This document shows, piece by piece, positions 48,395 through 57,691 of a stretch of DNA of 64,000 nt. How positions within the stretch are numbered: the stretch's first letter is position 1; every line of letters starts with the position of its first letter. The notes under the pieces are model-generated. The model was not told the DNA's origin, searched no databases, and was given only the letters and a program-made list of their open reading frames with translations. The translations under genes and the position numbers were made by a program. This DNA comes from a virus: the IMG/VR virus record IMGVR_UViG_3300027782_000032, positions 1 to 64,000 of that record. One strand, 5' to 3'.

Positions 48395-49648
48395 TTATCC
48401 AATTATGTCACGAACACACAGTTTAATTTGGTCACGCAAGTTTCTTTGCTGAGCAGTCTTAGCTTCCGTAAACTTGAACTTACCTGCTTTACGGTAGTGC
48501 TGAGCATACTTAACCAAGTTAACTAGATCTTTTGTGACTGCCTTATTAGCAGAAGCCATTTTGGCAGCTTCAGGAGGCATACCACCCATCATCGCTGGGT
48601 CCATAGGAGGAGCACCACCGGCCATAGCAGGATCCATTGGAGGAGCGCCACCTTCAGCAGGAGCGCCGCCACCTTGAATCATCGCAAGGAGCTCAGCGGG
48701 GTCGATGCCTTGTTCTTGAAGAGCCATAAGAAGTTCTTGAGCCGCGTCGTCAGGGCTGGCGCCACCTTCTGGTGCAGCGCCCTCTCCAGCCATTTGCGAC
48801 ATCATTGAAGGGTCTACATCCATTCCGCCTTCGGATTCTTCTGCAGCCTCTTCTTCGCCTGATTCTTCGGACTCGTGCTCAGGACCAGCAGCTTCACCTT
48901 CAGCAGCTTTTACAAACTCTGTAAGGTAGCTGCCAACCATTGCTGCTTTTTCGAGGCCATCAAAGATGGTAGATTCGATTGAGCCTGCAACAGCTTCCTG
49001 GGCTTGTTTAACAATTTCAGCATGCTGCTCATTAGACAAGGAAGCAGCTGCTTCTCCTGCTGCTGCAGCTTTGCTTGTTTCTTCTTCTTTTTTATCGGAA
49101 GGATTGTCTTTTTTCTTTTGCTTCATCTTTTCTAGAATAAAAGGGGGCATCTTACTTTCTGCCTCCTTATTATTGTGATGAGCTGCAATATCAGCAAGAA
49201 GGTCATTAGCCTTCTTTTCTGTAAGAGCTCTGAGTGCGCTGAAGTTCATAGAGCTGTACTTCTCGCCTTCGCTAGCCTTAGCTGGGTGAGTTGTGCCTGG
49301 ATCTTCTTTATCACCCTTGTAGTTGTCTTCGTTAGAAGGGTCTTCACCAGTAGAGGTGCTGGTGATGCCTACATTGAGTTGTTGATCTTCTTGCGAAGGA
49401 GAGTTATCACTAGCGGAGTCTACTCCACCGGTAGAAATTGTCTTCTTTACATCAGATGTGTTTTCTTGCGAACGTTGTCCTTCGCTGGCAGGCTGAGTGC
49501 TATCCTCTACGTCTTTGCTAGGATGACTAGTTGCGCCGCCTTGGCTGCCTGGTTCGGTGTTGGCAGCTGCTCTCTTCTTTACGGAAGCTTGCTTTTCGTT
49601 TTCAACTTCGGAAAGGAACTCTCGAAGCTGGTCAAATAGCTGTGGCAT
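48395..49648 (-). CDS. Putative capsid scaffolding protein
   Basis: 417 aa, acidic and low complexity, many K-x-A motifs, GGAPPMDPAM repeats; between protease and capsid genes. Confidence 0.6.
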   Translation of the reverse strand: MPQLFDQLREFLSEVENEKQASVKKRAAANTEPGSQGGATSHPSKDVEDSTQPASEGQRSQENTSDVKKTISTGGVDSASDNSPSQEDQQLNVGITSTSTGEDPSNEDNYKGDKEDPGTTHPAKASEGEKYSSMNFSALRALTEKKANDLLADIAAHHNNKEAESKMPPFILEKMKQKKKDNPSDKKEEETSKAAAAGEAAASLSNEQHAEIVKQAQEAVAGSIESTIFDGLEKAAMVGSYLTEFVKAAEGEAAGPEHESEESGEEEAAEESEGGMDVDPSMMSQMAGEGAAPEGGASPDDAAQELLMALQEQGIDPAELLAMIQGGGAPAEGGAPPMDPAMAGGAPPMDPAMMGGMPPEAAKMASANKAVTKDLVNLVKYAQHYRKAGKFKFTEAKTAQQRNLRDQIKLCVRDIIG

Positions 49649-49731
49649 TGTGAATTTACTCCTTTATACATCAACGTGTTGAGGACAACTATCCTTAGTC
49701 GTCCCAGAGTGTTACTCTCACGTCTTTATTG

Positions 49732-49760
49732 ATTCTGTACACTACTTCAAAAACGTGCAA
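49732..49760 (-). promoter_or_regulatory. Candidate sigma70-like promoter for the scaffold-capsid operon
   Basis: TTGCAC-17 nt-CAGAAT on the minus strand in the 147-bp intergenic gap. Confidence 0.35.
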
Positions 49761-49795
49761 TAGCTTATTTGCACTTTTTTACAATCTTTTATTAA

Positions 49796-51232
49796 TTAGC
49801 AGATGACGTTGTAAGCAAGAACAGCCCTTCGATAGTTGTGTTCTGCCGTTTCGTTCGCTGATGCCGCCTTGATCCACTGAAGCTGATGAACTGCATAAGC
49901 TTTAGCTAATGCTTCATATTTATCTGATGTTTCAGCTGTTTTATCCATTTGCTTAATAATGTTAGGAAGCCTAAACCCTGAAATAACAGCCATGTGTACG
50001 CTGCTCTCTAGGCTCTTGTTACTAACAGAGTGGGCAGCTGCACACTTGTAAGCTTCCATGTTTTGTTTTTCTGTAGAAATACTTAATGAAGGGTCTGAGT
50101 TCCTGTCAGCAAGCTTTTCAATAGTGGAGACGTCTCCAATGATCCTACTGAAGACTCCTGGCATGTATTTCTTTACTTCGCTGGCAAGTTTGTCATGCCC
50201 CTTAGCTAGCAACCAGTCTTCCAAAGAAATAATTATCCCCTGCTTAGCACATGCTGACCAAGGGAAGGAGCCGCCCATTGCTGCTTGTTTCCAGAACGGT
50301 AACGGTCTAACTCTAGCATTGATAGTAGCTAGAAGCACTGGGCTGTAAGCACTTGCAGACTTTTCAAGCTCAGCCATCTTAACAGCTGCTTCGACCATTT
50401 TCGTGATGTCAGCAGAAAGGTCTCCACCTAGCACTCCTACTGGAGCGCCGACGCCAGCAAGTTCAGCTAGTTCAGCTCCGCCAGCTACATACACGCCTGA
50501 AGCTGCTTTATAATGACCTACTACCCAAGCTATGCGGTCTGCTGGTCTATAAACGTCGCTAATATCGAACCAAGTTGGATTGGGGTTATCTACATGCAAT
50601 ACGTGTCCGTCTGAAGCAACCTTGGTAAGGTTACCTCGGCAGCCGCCGTACTTGCACATGTCTTCAGTACAGTATTCGTCTCTGTTTCTAGCTTTGTTAC
50701 CGCAGCCTGAACAGACGTCATGAGCTACTCGGCACGCCATGCTGACGCCCCAGTTATCATCTCCAGAAGCAATCTTCTGCATTTCCTTGTCAGCTACTAG
50801 ACCTTTGTTTCGTTCTGCAGCTTCTTTAGTTGAATTAAGTGCAACTATTAGTTCGACTCTCTTCATCTTGTCATTGAACATGGAAGCTTTAACTAAGCCA
50901 TAGCTTTGTTGTGGGTCTTTATTCTTATGGTTTCTGTACCATCTAGCGTGCTTTACGAACGTGTCATGGTACTTGCGGCATGTGGCTTCTTTGAAACCAT
51001 CACCGTTTCTATTTGGTCCGTAAGCTTCTGTAGCTCCTATAGCTATCATGTGTATAGGTTGCTCACCAGGCTTGAAGTCTATTCCTTTTAGAAGATGGGC
51101 AGCGCCGTCTCCAGCTCTCTTAATAAACGATGACAGGTCTGATCCTACTAAGCCTTTAGAGGATACCTTAATTAGGGAGCTTACTGAATCTCCGAAGTCC
51201 TGAGAGTTCGGAGCTATAATTTTGATCATCAT
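49796..51232 (-). CDS. Prohead maturation protease (assemblin-like) with Cys-cluster insert
   Basis: NRNGDGF...RNHKNKDP...SMACRVAHDVCSGCGN...YC...WFDISDVYRPADRIA; K-x-A-rich C-terminal half. Confidence 0.72.
   Translation of the reverse strand: MMIKIIAPNSQDFGDSVSSLIKVSSKGLVGSDLSSFIKRAGDGAAHLLKGIDFKPGEQPIHMIAIGATEAYGPNRNGDGFKEATCRKYHDTFVKHARWYRNHKNKDPQQSYGLVKASMFNDKMKRVELIVALNSTKEAAERNKGLVADKEMQKIASGDDNWGVSMACRVAHDVCSGCGNKARNRDEYCTEDMCKYGGCRGNLTKVASDGHVLHVDNPNPTWFDISDVYRPADRIAWVVGHYKAASGVYVAGGAELAELAGVGAPVGVLGGDLSADITKMVEAAVKMAELEKSASAYSPVLLATINARVRPLPFWKQAAMGGSFPWSACAKQGIIISLEDWLLAKGHDKLASEVKKYMPGVFSRIIGDVSTIEKLADRNSDPSLSISTEKQNMEAYKCAAAHSVSNKSLESSVHMAVISGFRLPNIIKQMDKTAETSDKYEALAKAYAVHQLQWIKAASANETAEHNYRRAVLAYNVIC
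50124..50138. repeat. Dispersed palindrome copy 6
   Basis: GTGGAGACGTCTCCA inside the protease gene. Confidence 0.95.
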
Positions 51233-51287
51233 AAGTAGGCATCCTCAAAATTGTTGTATTATTTGTTTTTAAATACTTACTTACGGA

Positions 51288-52013
51288 TTAGGGTTGGTTT
51301 TTAGGGTCATTCATGTGGTACCCCTCGTTTGCACCAAAAGCGGTGTAAGCCGCAATAAGTGAGGCTAGAGTCATGGCTTTGGTAGCTTTTTGCGCTCTGG
51401 AGGAGTGTACTCCGTGAGGGTTAATAGCTTTTAAAGTTGGGTTAATTGCGTAACGAGTAAGAGCTAAGCCCTTCGCAGCATTTAACGCCCCTCCTTCAAT
51501 TGCGTTTGCTTGATCAAGCGTTATTCCGTAGTCGTTTGGGTCTCGCAGCGGAGGCGCTCCTGCTACTGTAGGCGCTGAAGCTGCTGTAGGGTTTGATTGA
51601 TTAGCAGCCAAAGTTGCAGAGACTACTGCAGGATTGGGTGAAGTAGTAGTTGGTGGAGTAGGTGCTGGTGAAGTAGCAGTAGCTGCAGCAGAGGCAGCTG
51701 GACTATTAGATAGCATATCCTCTATTGAGCCTCCACCGTAATAGCCTAAGGCTCCGCCTGGAATAGCTCCGGCCATTGCTCCGTACAAGGCGTCGCTTGC
51801 GTTTAAATCTTTACCTTTTAAGTAGTTTAGTCCTAAAGTCGCTAGACCGCCTCCTCCGCCGCCTATAGCTGCGCCTATCAAAGCGTTTCTAGTGTCTTTG
51901 TCTATTGCTCTTTTTTCATATGATACCTTTTGAACATCGGCATACCTTTGAGATAGCAGCTCGACAGCTTCACTAGCTGTTTTGTTGAAAAGGCTTTCAA
52001 TAAGCTTGGACAT
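51288..52013 (-). CDS. K-x-A / glycine-zipper protein, putative internal virion (ejection) protein
   Basis: NKTAS and EKRAI, then GAAIGGGGGGLATLG and GAMAGAIPGGALG; no Cys. Confidence 0.5.
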   Translation of the reverse strand: MSKLIESLFNKTASEAVELLSQRYADVQKVSYEKRAIDKDTRNALIGAAIGGGGGGLATLGLNYLKGKDLNASDALYGAMAGAIPGGALGYYGGGSIEDMLSNSPAASAAATATSPAPTPPTTTSPNPAVVSATLAANQSNPTAASAPTVAGAPPLRDPNDYGITLDQANAIEGGALNAAKGLALTRYAINPTLKAINPHGVHSSRAQKATKAMTLASLIAAYTAFGANEGYHMNDPKNQP

Positions 52014-52056
52014 TACTGTCTCCTAGTTAACTATGGATTAATTCAGAGCGTTGCTC

Positions 52057-53457
52057 CTACTCCTTATCTTCTTTAGGGCCTTTAAATCCCTTTCGTTCAT
52101 CTATGCTGCTGTTTATTGATTTAATTCTACTGTTAGACGGAGAGTCTTTTCCAAAGGCGTTGTCTGCTCTGTAAGACTGTGTCTCTCCTCTTGTGTTTTC
52201 CATATCTAACATTTGCTGAACGTCAGAAGGATCAATAGCAGAGGTTCCACCTACCAAACGCTTTCTAAGAAGAGGTCGCATAATAGCAGTGTTTGTGGTG
52301 GTGTCTGGAGCTATGCTGCTAATTTCATTAAAGTGGAATGCCACGTCTTCAGGGTGGTACCCGCCTATGATTTCGTCGTTAGCCATTAAGTCAGATATAG
52401 CTGCGCTAGCTCTAATGTTCTTTAGAGTCATATCTTGAGCTATCTGATCGTTTCTAAATTTGTATTCGTTTGAATCTCTAGAAACTGTCTTGTCTTTAGG
52501 CTCGCTTTGGACAAAGTTGTAAGCGCTATTAAACATACCCTTATTCTTGTCCCACAGCTTACCAGCAGACTTATTCAAACCGTCTAAGACTGAACCTGTG
52601 TTAGAACCAGGAAGGTCTTCAGAGAAAGCAGCTGACAGGGCAGACCCGATAACCTTTTTAAGGTGATCAACTGCTGCCTTCTTATTCAAGTGAACTTCAG
52701 CGTGCTTAATGCAATCTTTTATAAGACTGTAAGGAGCTTGTGAAAGCTCAACTGGAGCCATAATGTCTGACAGTGTGCCAGCTTGTTTACGAAACGCTTT
52801 GTTTGAAATAGCAAGTATGTTGAGAAGTGACTCTGCCTTCTTTCCAAACAACCTAACGCTGTTTTCTTTGGCGACGCTAAATGGAACGCCTCCAAAAGTT
52901 CTAAAGTAAGTAGCAATCTTGGTGATGCCGTCCATCATCATATCTTTGCTATGAGCAGAATCCATTCTAAGCTTTTCAGAGTCTCTACCCATTTTTTCAA
53001 TAAGTGAGCTGATTACTCTGGTTTTTCCAAGGCTGTCTTGAGCTAATGTAGCATACTTGCCTTGGTCTGAAGCTAACTTACCAAGAGGCTTAAGTTCAAA
53101 CTTAGGTTGAACAGGTGGCCTTTTGTAAGCGTCGGATATTGCGCCTTCCTTGATCATAGAAGCGGCGGTCTTAACAGAGTCTGGATAAACCAAACCTATT
53201 ACCGTTTTCAAGTCTGCCAGATCGAACTCTGCCAGCTTTTCAAGAGGGTCTGATCCTGCTTGGCGGTGTGCCTCACTCCTTCCAGTATTGAATGCCCTTA
53301 CCATAAGCTCTAAGTGACCTACGGGTACACCGTAGGCTGAGGCTGTTTTGGCAATGGCTTCATTAGGCGAAGAGCCTGAGTTTACAAGCTCAGCTGCCTC
53401 GCTTAAGGAGTCGGTTATTCTACTTTCAGATTCTTTACTGAGCCCTTGTGTCGCCAT
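52057..53457 (-). CDS. K-x-A-rich hypothetical virion head protein
   Basis: 466 aa; VKTAA, GKLAS, RKQAG, NKKAA, NKSAG. Confidence 0.55.
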   Translation of the reverse strand: MATQGLSKESESRITDSLSEAAELVNSGSSPNEAIAKTASAYGVPVGHLELMVRAFNTGRSEAHRQAGSDPLEKLAEFDLADLKTVIGLVYPDSVKTAASMIKEGAISDAYKRPPVQPKFELKPLGKLASDQGKYATLAQDSLGKTRVISSLIEKMGRDSEKLRMDSAHSKDMMMDGITKIATYFRTFGGVPFSVAKENSVRLFGKKAESLLNILAISNKAFRKQAGTLSDIMAPVELSQAPYSLIKDCIKHAEVHLNKKAAVDHLKKVIGSALSAAFSEDLPGSNTGSVLDGLNKSAGKLWDKNKGMFNSAYNFVQSEPKDKTVSRDSNEYKFRNDQIAQDMTLKNIRASAAISDLMANDEIIGGYHPEDVAFHFNEISSIAPDTTTNTAIMRPLLRKRLVGGTSAIDPSDVQQMLDMENTRGETQSYRADNAFGKDSPSNSRIKSINSSIDERKGFKGPKEDKE

Positions 53458-54382
53458 CGGCTTTGGCCTCCGGTAATATAGTGCCTACTAGACTTTCCAA
53501 TATGGTCGTATCCCCGTTAGCTATCATCATGGCCTCATCGGCCCTAGGCTCCGCTGCGTTGACATCTTGCCCAACCCAGCTGAGTGTATTCTTGCTATTA
53601 GCGTTAGATCCAGTAGTTACTACAGTGGACATAGCGTTCATAACATAATTAAGAATGTTGCCATTATCAGACGTGCTCTTGTAAGCAGACGACTCTGACG
53701 CCATTTCTTGTTCCTTCTGATGCATCTGTAGCAGTTGTAACTGATTCCAGCTGTTGGGTGCAACAATTTTCGAGCTGTGTAGGTTCTTTCTTAAAAGATT
53801 TGAAGCTATCTCTTCACTAGCCCATATATTGATCTCTGCGTCAGCTCTGTTGTGTATGAGCCACTCTAATTTTGAAGGTCCGTATAGGTAAGCATATACC
53901 TTCCACAGGACGTCTAAGTCTCGTTCAGATGCACCGAAGAACGCGTTCTTTCCAATAGCAAAGTTCATAATCCAAGAAGCGTTGTCTAGTCTATCTGATA
54001 CGTTGAAGAATAAGCTCTCGTACCATTTGATGCATTTTGCAGACAGACCTGATATCTCAGTAATTGTAACTATGTCTGTTCTAGCAAGAATTCTAGCTTC
54101 AAGCTCCCAACGCATAATTTTTGCTTCTGGCTGAGTGTACAGTTCGTAAGCGTCCGCAAGGGCTTGGTTAGGTAAGCACTTTATACAGTACTCCCATGAG
54201 TTCTCTACTTTATTAAGTAACCTAGCGAATTTCCAAGCTGCTTGAACAAACTTATCATCGTTAAACCTGTCTGGCTGCTTTTTGTTGTCAAACAGAGCAT
54301 TAGCTCGACGCCAGCGCCAATCAACTGGCCTTACTGGGCTTGTCTTTCTAAGGTTAACGTATTCAGAAATGCTTGCTTCCAT
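53435..54382 (-). CDS. Hypothetical protein, possible HTH (start revised to ATG 54382)
   Basis: TAATG overlap with the upstream stop; LEARILART...ITEISGLSAKCIKWYE is HTH-like. Confidence 0.55.
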   Translation of the reverse strand: MEASISEYVNLRKTSPVRPVDWRWRRANALFDNKKQPDRFNDDKFVQAAWKFARLLNKVENSWEYCIKCLPNQALADAYELYTQPEAKIMRWELEARILARTDIVTITEISGLSAKCIKWYESLFFNVSDRLDNASWIMNFAIGKNAFFGASERDLDVLWKVYAYLYGPSKLEWLIHNRADAEINIWASEEIASNLLRKNLHSSKIVAPNSWNQLQLLQMHQKEQEMASESSAYKSTSDNGNILNYVMNAMSTVVTTGSNANSKNTLSWVGQDVNAAEPRADEAMMIANGDTTILESLVGTILPEAKADGDTRAQ

Positions 54383-54813
54383 TAGCCTACGTCGCTCCAA
54401 CCAGACAAGGCTATGTCCCAAGTAGCTGAACCAGTACCTGAAGGATGTATTTGAATATAGATCTTTCGCTTTCTATCAGACAATGGGCCATCGTAGTTCT
54501 TGTAAGCCTTGCCGTAATCGTCGATTATTGTTAGGAGCTCTCCGGATGTTCCAGAGGCCTGAGCAAATACTCTGTACAGCTCTTGATCTGCAGAGTAGTC
54601 TCCGCCAACCTCGTCACCACCAGAAGACGACCCGTCTAAAAACGCCTTCTTAGAGTTAAAGACATCAACAGTAAAGTTAACAAGTGCGCCGCCGCCCACT
54701 TGCTTTACTATGATTTTCTTTATGAAACCTTCAGAGAAGAACCCAAGCTCTAGCTGGGTGGTCTCGCCTTTAGGTGCGCTTATGCTTCTATAATGCTTTT
54801 CGTATATACGCAT
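54382..54813 (-). CDS. Hypothetical beta-rich protein
   Basis: 143 aa, jelly-roll-like alternating pattern. Confidence 0.55.
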   Translation of the reverse strand: MRIYEKHYRSISAPKGETTQLELGFFSEGFIKKIIVKQVGGGALVNFTVDVFNSKKAFLDGSSSGGDEVGGDYSADQELYRVFAQASGTSGELLTIIDDYGKAYKNYDGPLSDRKRKIYIQIHPSGTGSATWDIALSGWSDVG

Positions 54814-54824
54814 TTCTAGCTCCG

Positions 54825-57230
54825 TTACACGTTGTTGTCGTCTAGGCTGATGCCTTCGTCAGGGTACGAGTCAATAGTCTTCTGCTTGAGGAACAATAAC
54901 AAGTCTCCGAGCTGTTCAAAAGAGTTCCTAAGATTGTCTTCAAGCTCAGGAATGTCTTTCTTACCATATCGGTCTTCGAACTTGTCTTTGTGCCAATAGA
55001 AACTAAAGAGAATACGTCCAATCTTGTCTAGCCCGCCCATAAGGTCACCCAAGTGGCGATCTACCATTGTGTCATCGCGAACAGACTTGATTAAGGTACC
55101 GATCATAGAAGTATCAAACACTTCTTTCTGACCAGACTGAGCAGCGTTGTAGCCGATAGCCATAGTATTTGGATCAGGAAGCCTTGGGTCATATACGGCT
55201 GAGTTAGCCTGAAGAGACTGGCTGTTCATCGCAGGCAGAGACTGTTGCTGAGGGTATGACGACTGCACACTTCCTAACAACGTAGACTCCATACCTGTTG
55301 GAGGAGTAGGAAAAGCAGGAGCAGAGGTAGTGCCCTGCATTGATTGGTCTATTTGGTCGCCTGGAGCTGCTGACTTTATTAAGTCGCCTGCATCCTCTTT
55401 GACCGGCTTGTGTACTCTATAGTTAGCAACTTTGTTTTGCTTAGCTTCTTCCAAAATACATCGAGCTTGCTTCTCACGCAGAGCAACGTCTCGTACTAGA
55501 TGGATAAGCGCTTCCTTGGGTTCTAGAACTCTACCATTAACAGATACCTCAGAGCCAGTGTGCCTGACGTTTAAAGAGGCTGTCTTTTGATAGATAGCGT
55601 GCTGAAGGTCAGTAAGATTTCCAGGGACGATAGAGCCGTCACCTGTGCAACAATCACCTGACAACTTTATCATTTTAAAATTACCAGGAATATAAAGGTC
55701 TCCCTTAATAGCTTTGATACGGGAGCCTGGTTTATCAGTTACGTACAGCTTACGTCCGCCGCCTATTACATTGTTACTGTAACCATGGTCGTCACAACCA
55801 TCGCTTACTTTAGATTTTGGAAGATAGGACGGCTTCTGCTGTGAAGCAGAGTCGTGATAAAGTACTCTGTAGTTCTTAGTGCCGTCAGACGCACTGTCTG
55901 TCTTAAGTACTTCAAAGGGAACGCTAGCGTCTCCACTTTCGCTGACTGCCATGTAAATACCGCCCTTTGTTAACGAGGACGATTCTGGAAGCTTCTCAAA
56001 AAACTTAGCATAGCTGTCACCGCTAGTTTTGCTTTCTGGTGAGTCTTGTCCGCCATCTCTTGGTGGTCTGGTAAACAGATTACCTGGATGGCTGTTGATC
56101 CAACTTTTTTCTCCCTCGTAGTTAACTACTGTGGCGAAGTCTTGCCTTCCAGAAGGTCCGTGAGGCATTAGGAAGATTACAGTCTTTAACATTGAGAAAG
56201 GAGAAACAAGAAGGTCGTAAACTCCAGTAGTTGGAGGATTTTCTATTGAGGTTGGCTCTTGAATTCTGTAAGCGATAGATGCTTCATCTTTGGTTCTAGC
56301 ATCCCTAAAGATAACTCCATCAGTAAGAAGCTTTTTCTTATCTGGTTCTGAAGAATCCATAATGTCTTCTGAGCCGTTAGATGAAGAATTAAAGCTTCTT
56401 ACAATAATAGTAAGAGCCTGCTTCTCTTGATGTCTTAGCTGTACGGTGTCTTCAGCGAGAACGCCTGGCTCTGTTAACGTGCCAAGCTTGGCAACTGCAT
56501 CTTTAAGAAAGTCATTACCGCATGTACTATCAATAGCTTCTGCCATCTTAGGAAACCGTTGACAGATATCGATAATGCCTTTTACAAGCTCTCGGTAAGC
56601 ACTTTTACTATGAGAAGCTTCTTTATTTAGAAATGATTTTAGAGTAATTGTCTTAGCGAACTTAGGATCGTGCACAGGGTTAGAGCAAGCGAACTTAGCG
56701 AAAGCTCTTACACCTTCCATCATCTCATCAGAGTCATCAGCAGGCTTGTTAGCCGAAGCGAACTTAGCTGGAGGTCTGCTAAACGCTTGAAGGTCAGGAG
56801 TAAGGAAGCCAAGACGGCCCATGTTCTGGTCGGTCTTCTTGCCAAGGCTGGCTGGCTTACGGCGTAGAATGTAGTTAAGCCAGTTTTCTTTAAGAGGTAC
56901 GAATTGATCTTGGTCTTTAAGATAAAGCAGCTCATGACCCTTAAGGTCGCCATTAATAAAGAACACTGGCGCATACAGCCACTGGCTGCCAACTTTAAAA
57001 CCAAACAGACCAACTGCTTTGGTGTTGTCTTCGTTGCGCTCCATAAGCTCAAAGCCTACTTCGTAGTCTAGAAGTCCTGGGGCTTTGTCTTTTAAATAAG
57101 CGTGTGCAAGATTGCTGAAAGCCTGTTCAAACTGAGTATCATTGCCTTCGCCTCCAAGTTCAGCTTGCTTAACAAGCCCTTTAACTAAAGAAGGTAACTC
57201 AAGTAAAAACGACTTATTGTTATTGCTCAT
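54825..57230 (-). CDS. Large K-x-A-containing hypothetical virion protein (start revised to ATG 57230)
   Basis: ~800 aa; GGAAGG RBS before MSNNNKS; VKQAE, AKFAS, NKEAS, EKQAL, QKTAS, IKSAA. Confidence 0.6.
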   Translation of the reverse strand: MSNNNKSFLLELPSLVKGLVKQAELGGEGNDTQFEQAFSNLAHAYLKDKAPGLLDYEVGFELMERNEDNTKAVGLFGFKVGSQWLYAPVFFINGDLKGHELLYLKDQDQFVPLKENWLNYILRRKPASLGKKTDQNMGRLGFLTPDLQAFSRPPAKFASANKPADDSDEMMEGVRAFAKFACSNPVHDPKFAKTITLKSFLNKEASHSKSAYRELVKGIIDICQRFPKMAEAIDSTCGNDFLKDAVAKLGTLTEPGVLAEDTVQLRHQEKQALTIIVRSFNSSSNGSEDIMDSSEPDKKKLLTDGVIFRDARTKDEASIAYRIQEPTSIENPPTTGVYDLLVSPFSMLKTVIFLMPHGPSGRQDFATVVNYEGEKSWINSHPGNLFTRPPRDGGQDSPESKTSGDSYAKFFEKLPESSSLTKGGIYMAVSESGDASVPFEVLKTDSASDGTKNYRVLYHDSASQQKPSYLPKSKVSDGCDDHGYSNNVIGGGRKLYVTDKPGSRIKAIKGDLYIPGNFKMIKLSGDCCTGDGSIVPGNLTDLQHAIYQKTASLNVRHTGSEVSVNGRVLEPKEALIHLVRDVALREKQARCILEEAKQNKVANYRVHKPVKEDAGDLIKSAAPGDQIDQSMQGTTSAPAFPTPPTGMESTLLGSVQSSYPQQQSLPAMNSQSLQANSAVYDPRLPDPNTMAIGYNAAQSGQKEVFDTSMIGTLIKSVRDDTMVDRHLGDLMGGLDKIGRILFSFYWHKDKFEDRYGKKDIPELEDNLRNSFEQLGDLLLFLKQKTIDSYPDEGISLDDNNV

Positions 57231-57334
57231 ATTTCTTAACCTTCCATGGCTTAGAAAGTAACACAGAGCCATTATGCTCTTTATTGGTTCACTCTGCAAC
57301 AATTACAGGTGATTATTATCAATAATGCTCTTAA

Positions 57335-57691
57335 TTATCTAGGCCGCATACTGAGAATATTTTCAGTTAAGCTTCCGCTCTTCATAAGCTCAAGCATGAC
57401 CTCTGCCATCTTAGCATAATTATTACCTTGGGTGTTAGTGGAGACGTCTCCACTACTTTGAGCCACTGCTGCTGCTTGATTTGACACAGGCGGCAGCATC
57501 GTAGAAGGGGCCATAAGAGCTGGCGAAGTGTTAACGTTCTTTACATCTTGAGGTGATGGTTTTTCTGATTTTGCTGCAGATAAAGATGGTGAAGCCCCTG
57601 CAGAAGGAATGGTGGGAGCAGTCAATGGCTTTAAAGCTGAAGGCTTACTAGGCTGACCCATGTTAGCCCACTTGTGTATAAAGTCGCTCAT
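57335..57691 (-). CDS. Low-complexity K-x-A protein
   Basis: 118 aa, Pro/Ser/Ala-rich; its start overlaps the beta-prime stop (TAATG). Confidence 0.55.
   Translation of the reverse strand: MSDFIHKWANMGQPSKPSALKPLTAPTIPSAGASPSLSAAKSEKPSPQDVKNVNTSPALMAPSTMLPPVSNQAAAVAQSSGDVSTNTQGNNYAKMAEVMLELMKSGSLTENILSMRPR
57436..57455. repeat. Dispersed palindrome copy 7 (20-bp perfect palindrome)
   Basis: TAGTGGAGACGTCTCCACTA. Confidence 0.95.

Noticed and set aside
55927-55937. Half-matches to the palindrome (CGTCTCCACT here; similar at 11381, 12484, 38927)
   Set aside because: Only one arm matches; expected by chance.
52057-57230. Portal or terminase assignment for the large head-region ORFs
   Set aside because: No Walker A/B, nuclease or portal-like signature recognised; left as hypothetical.
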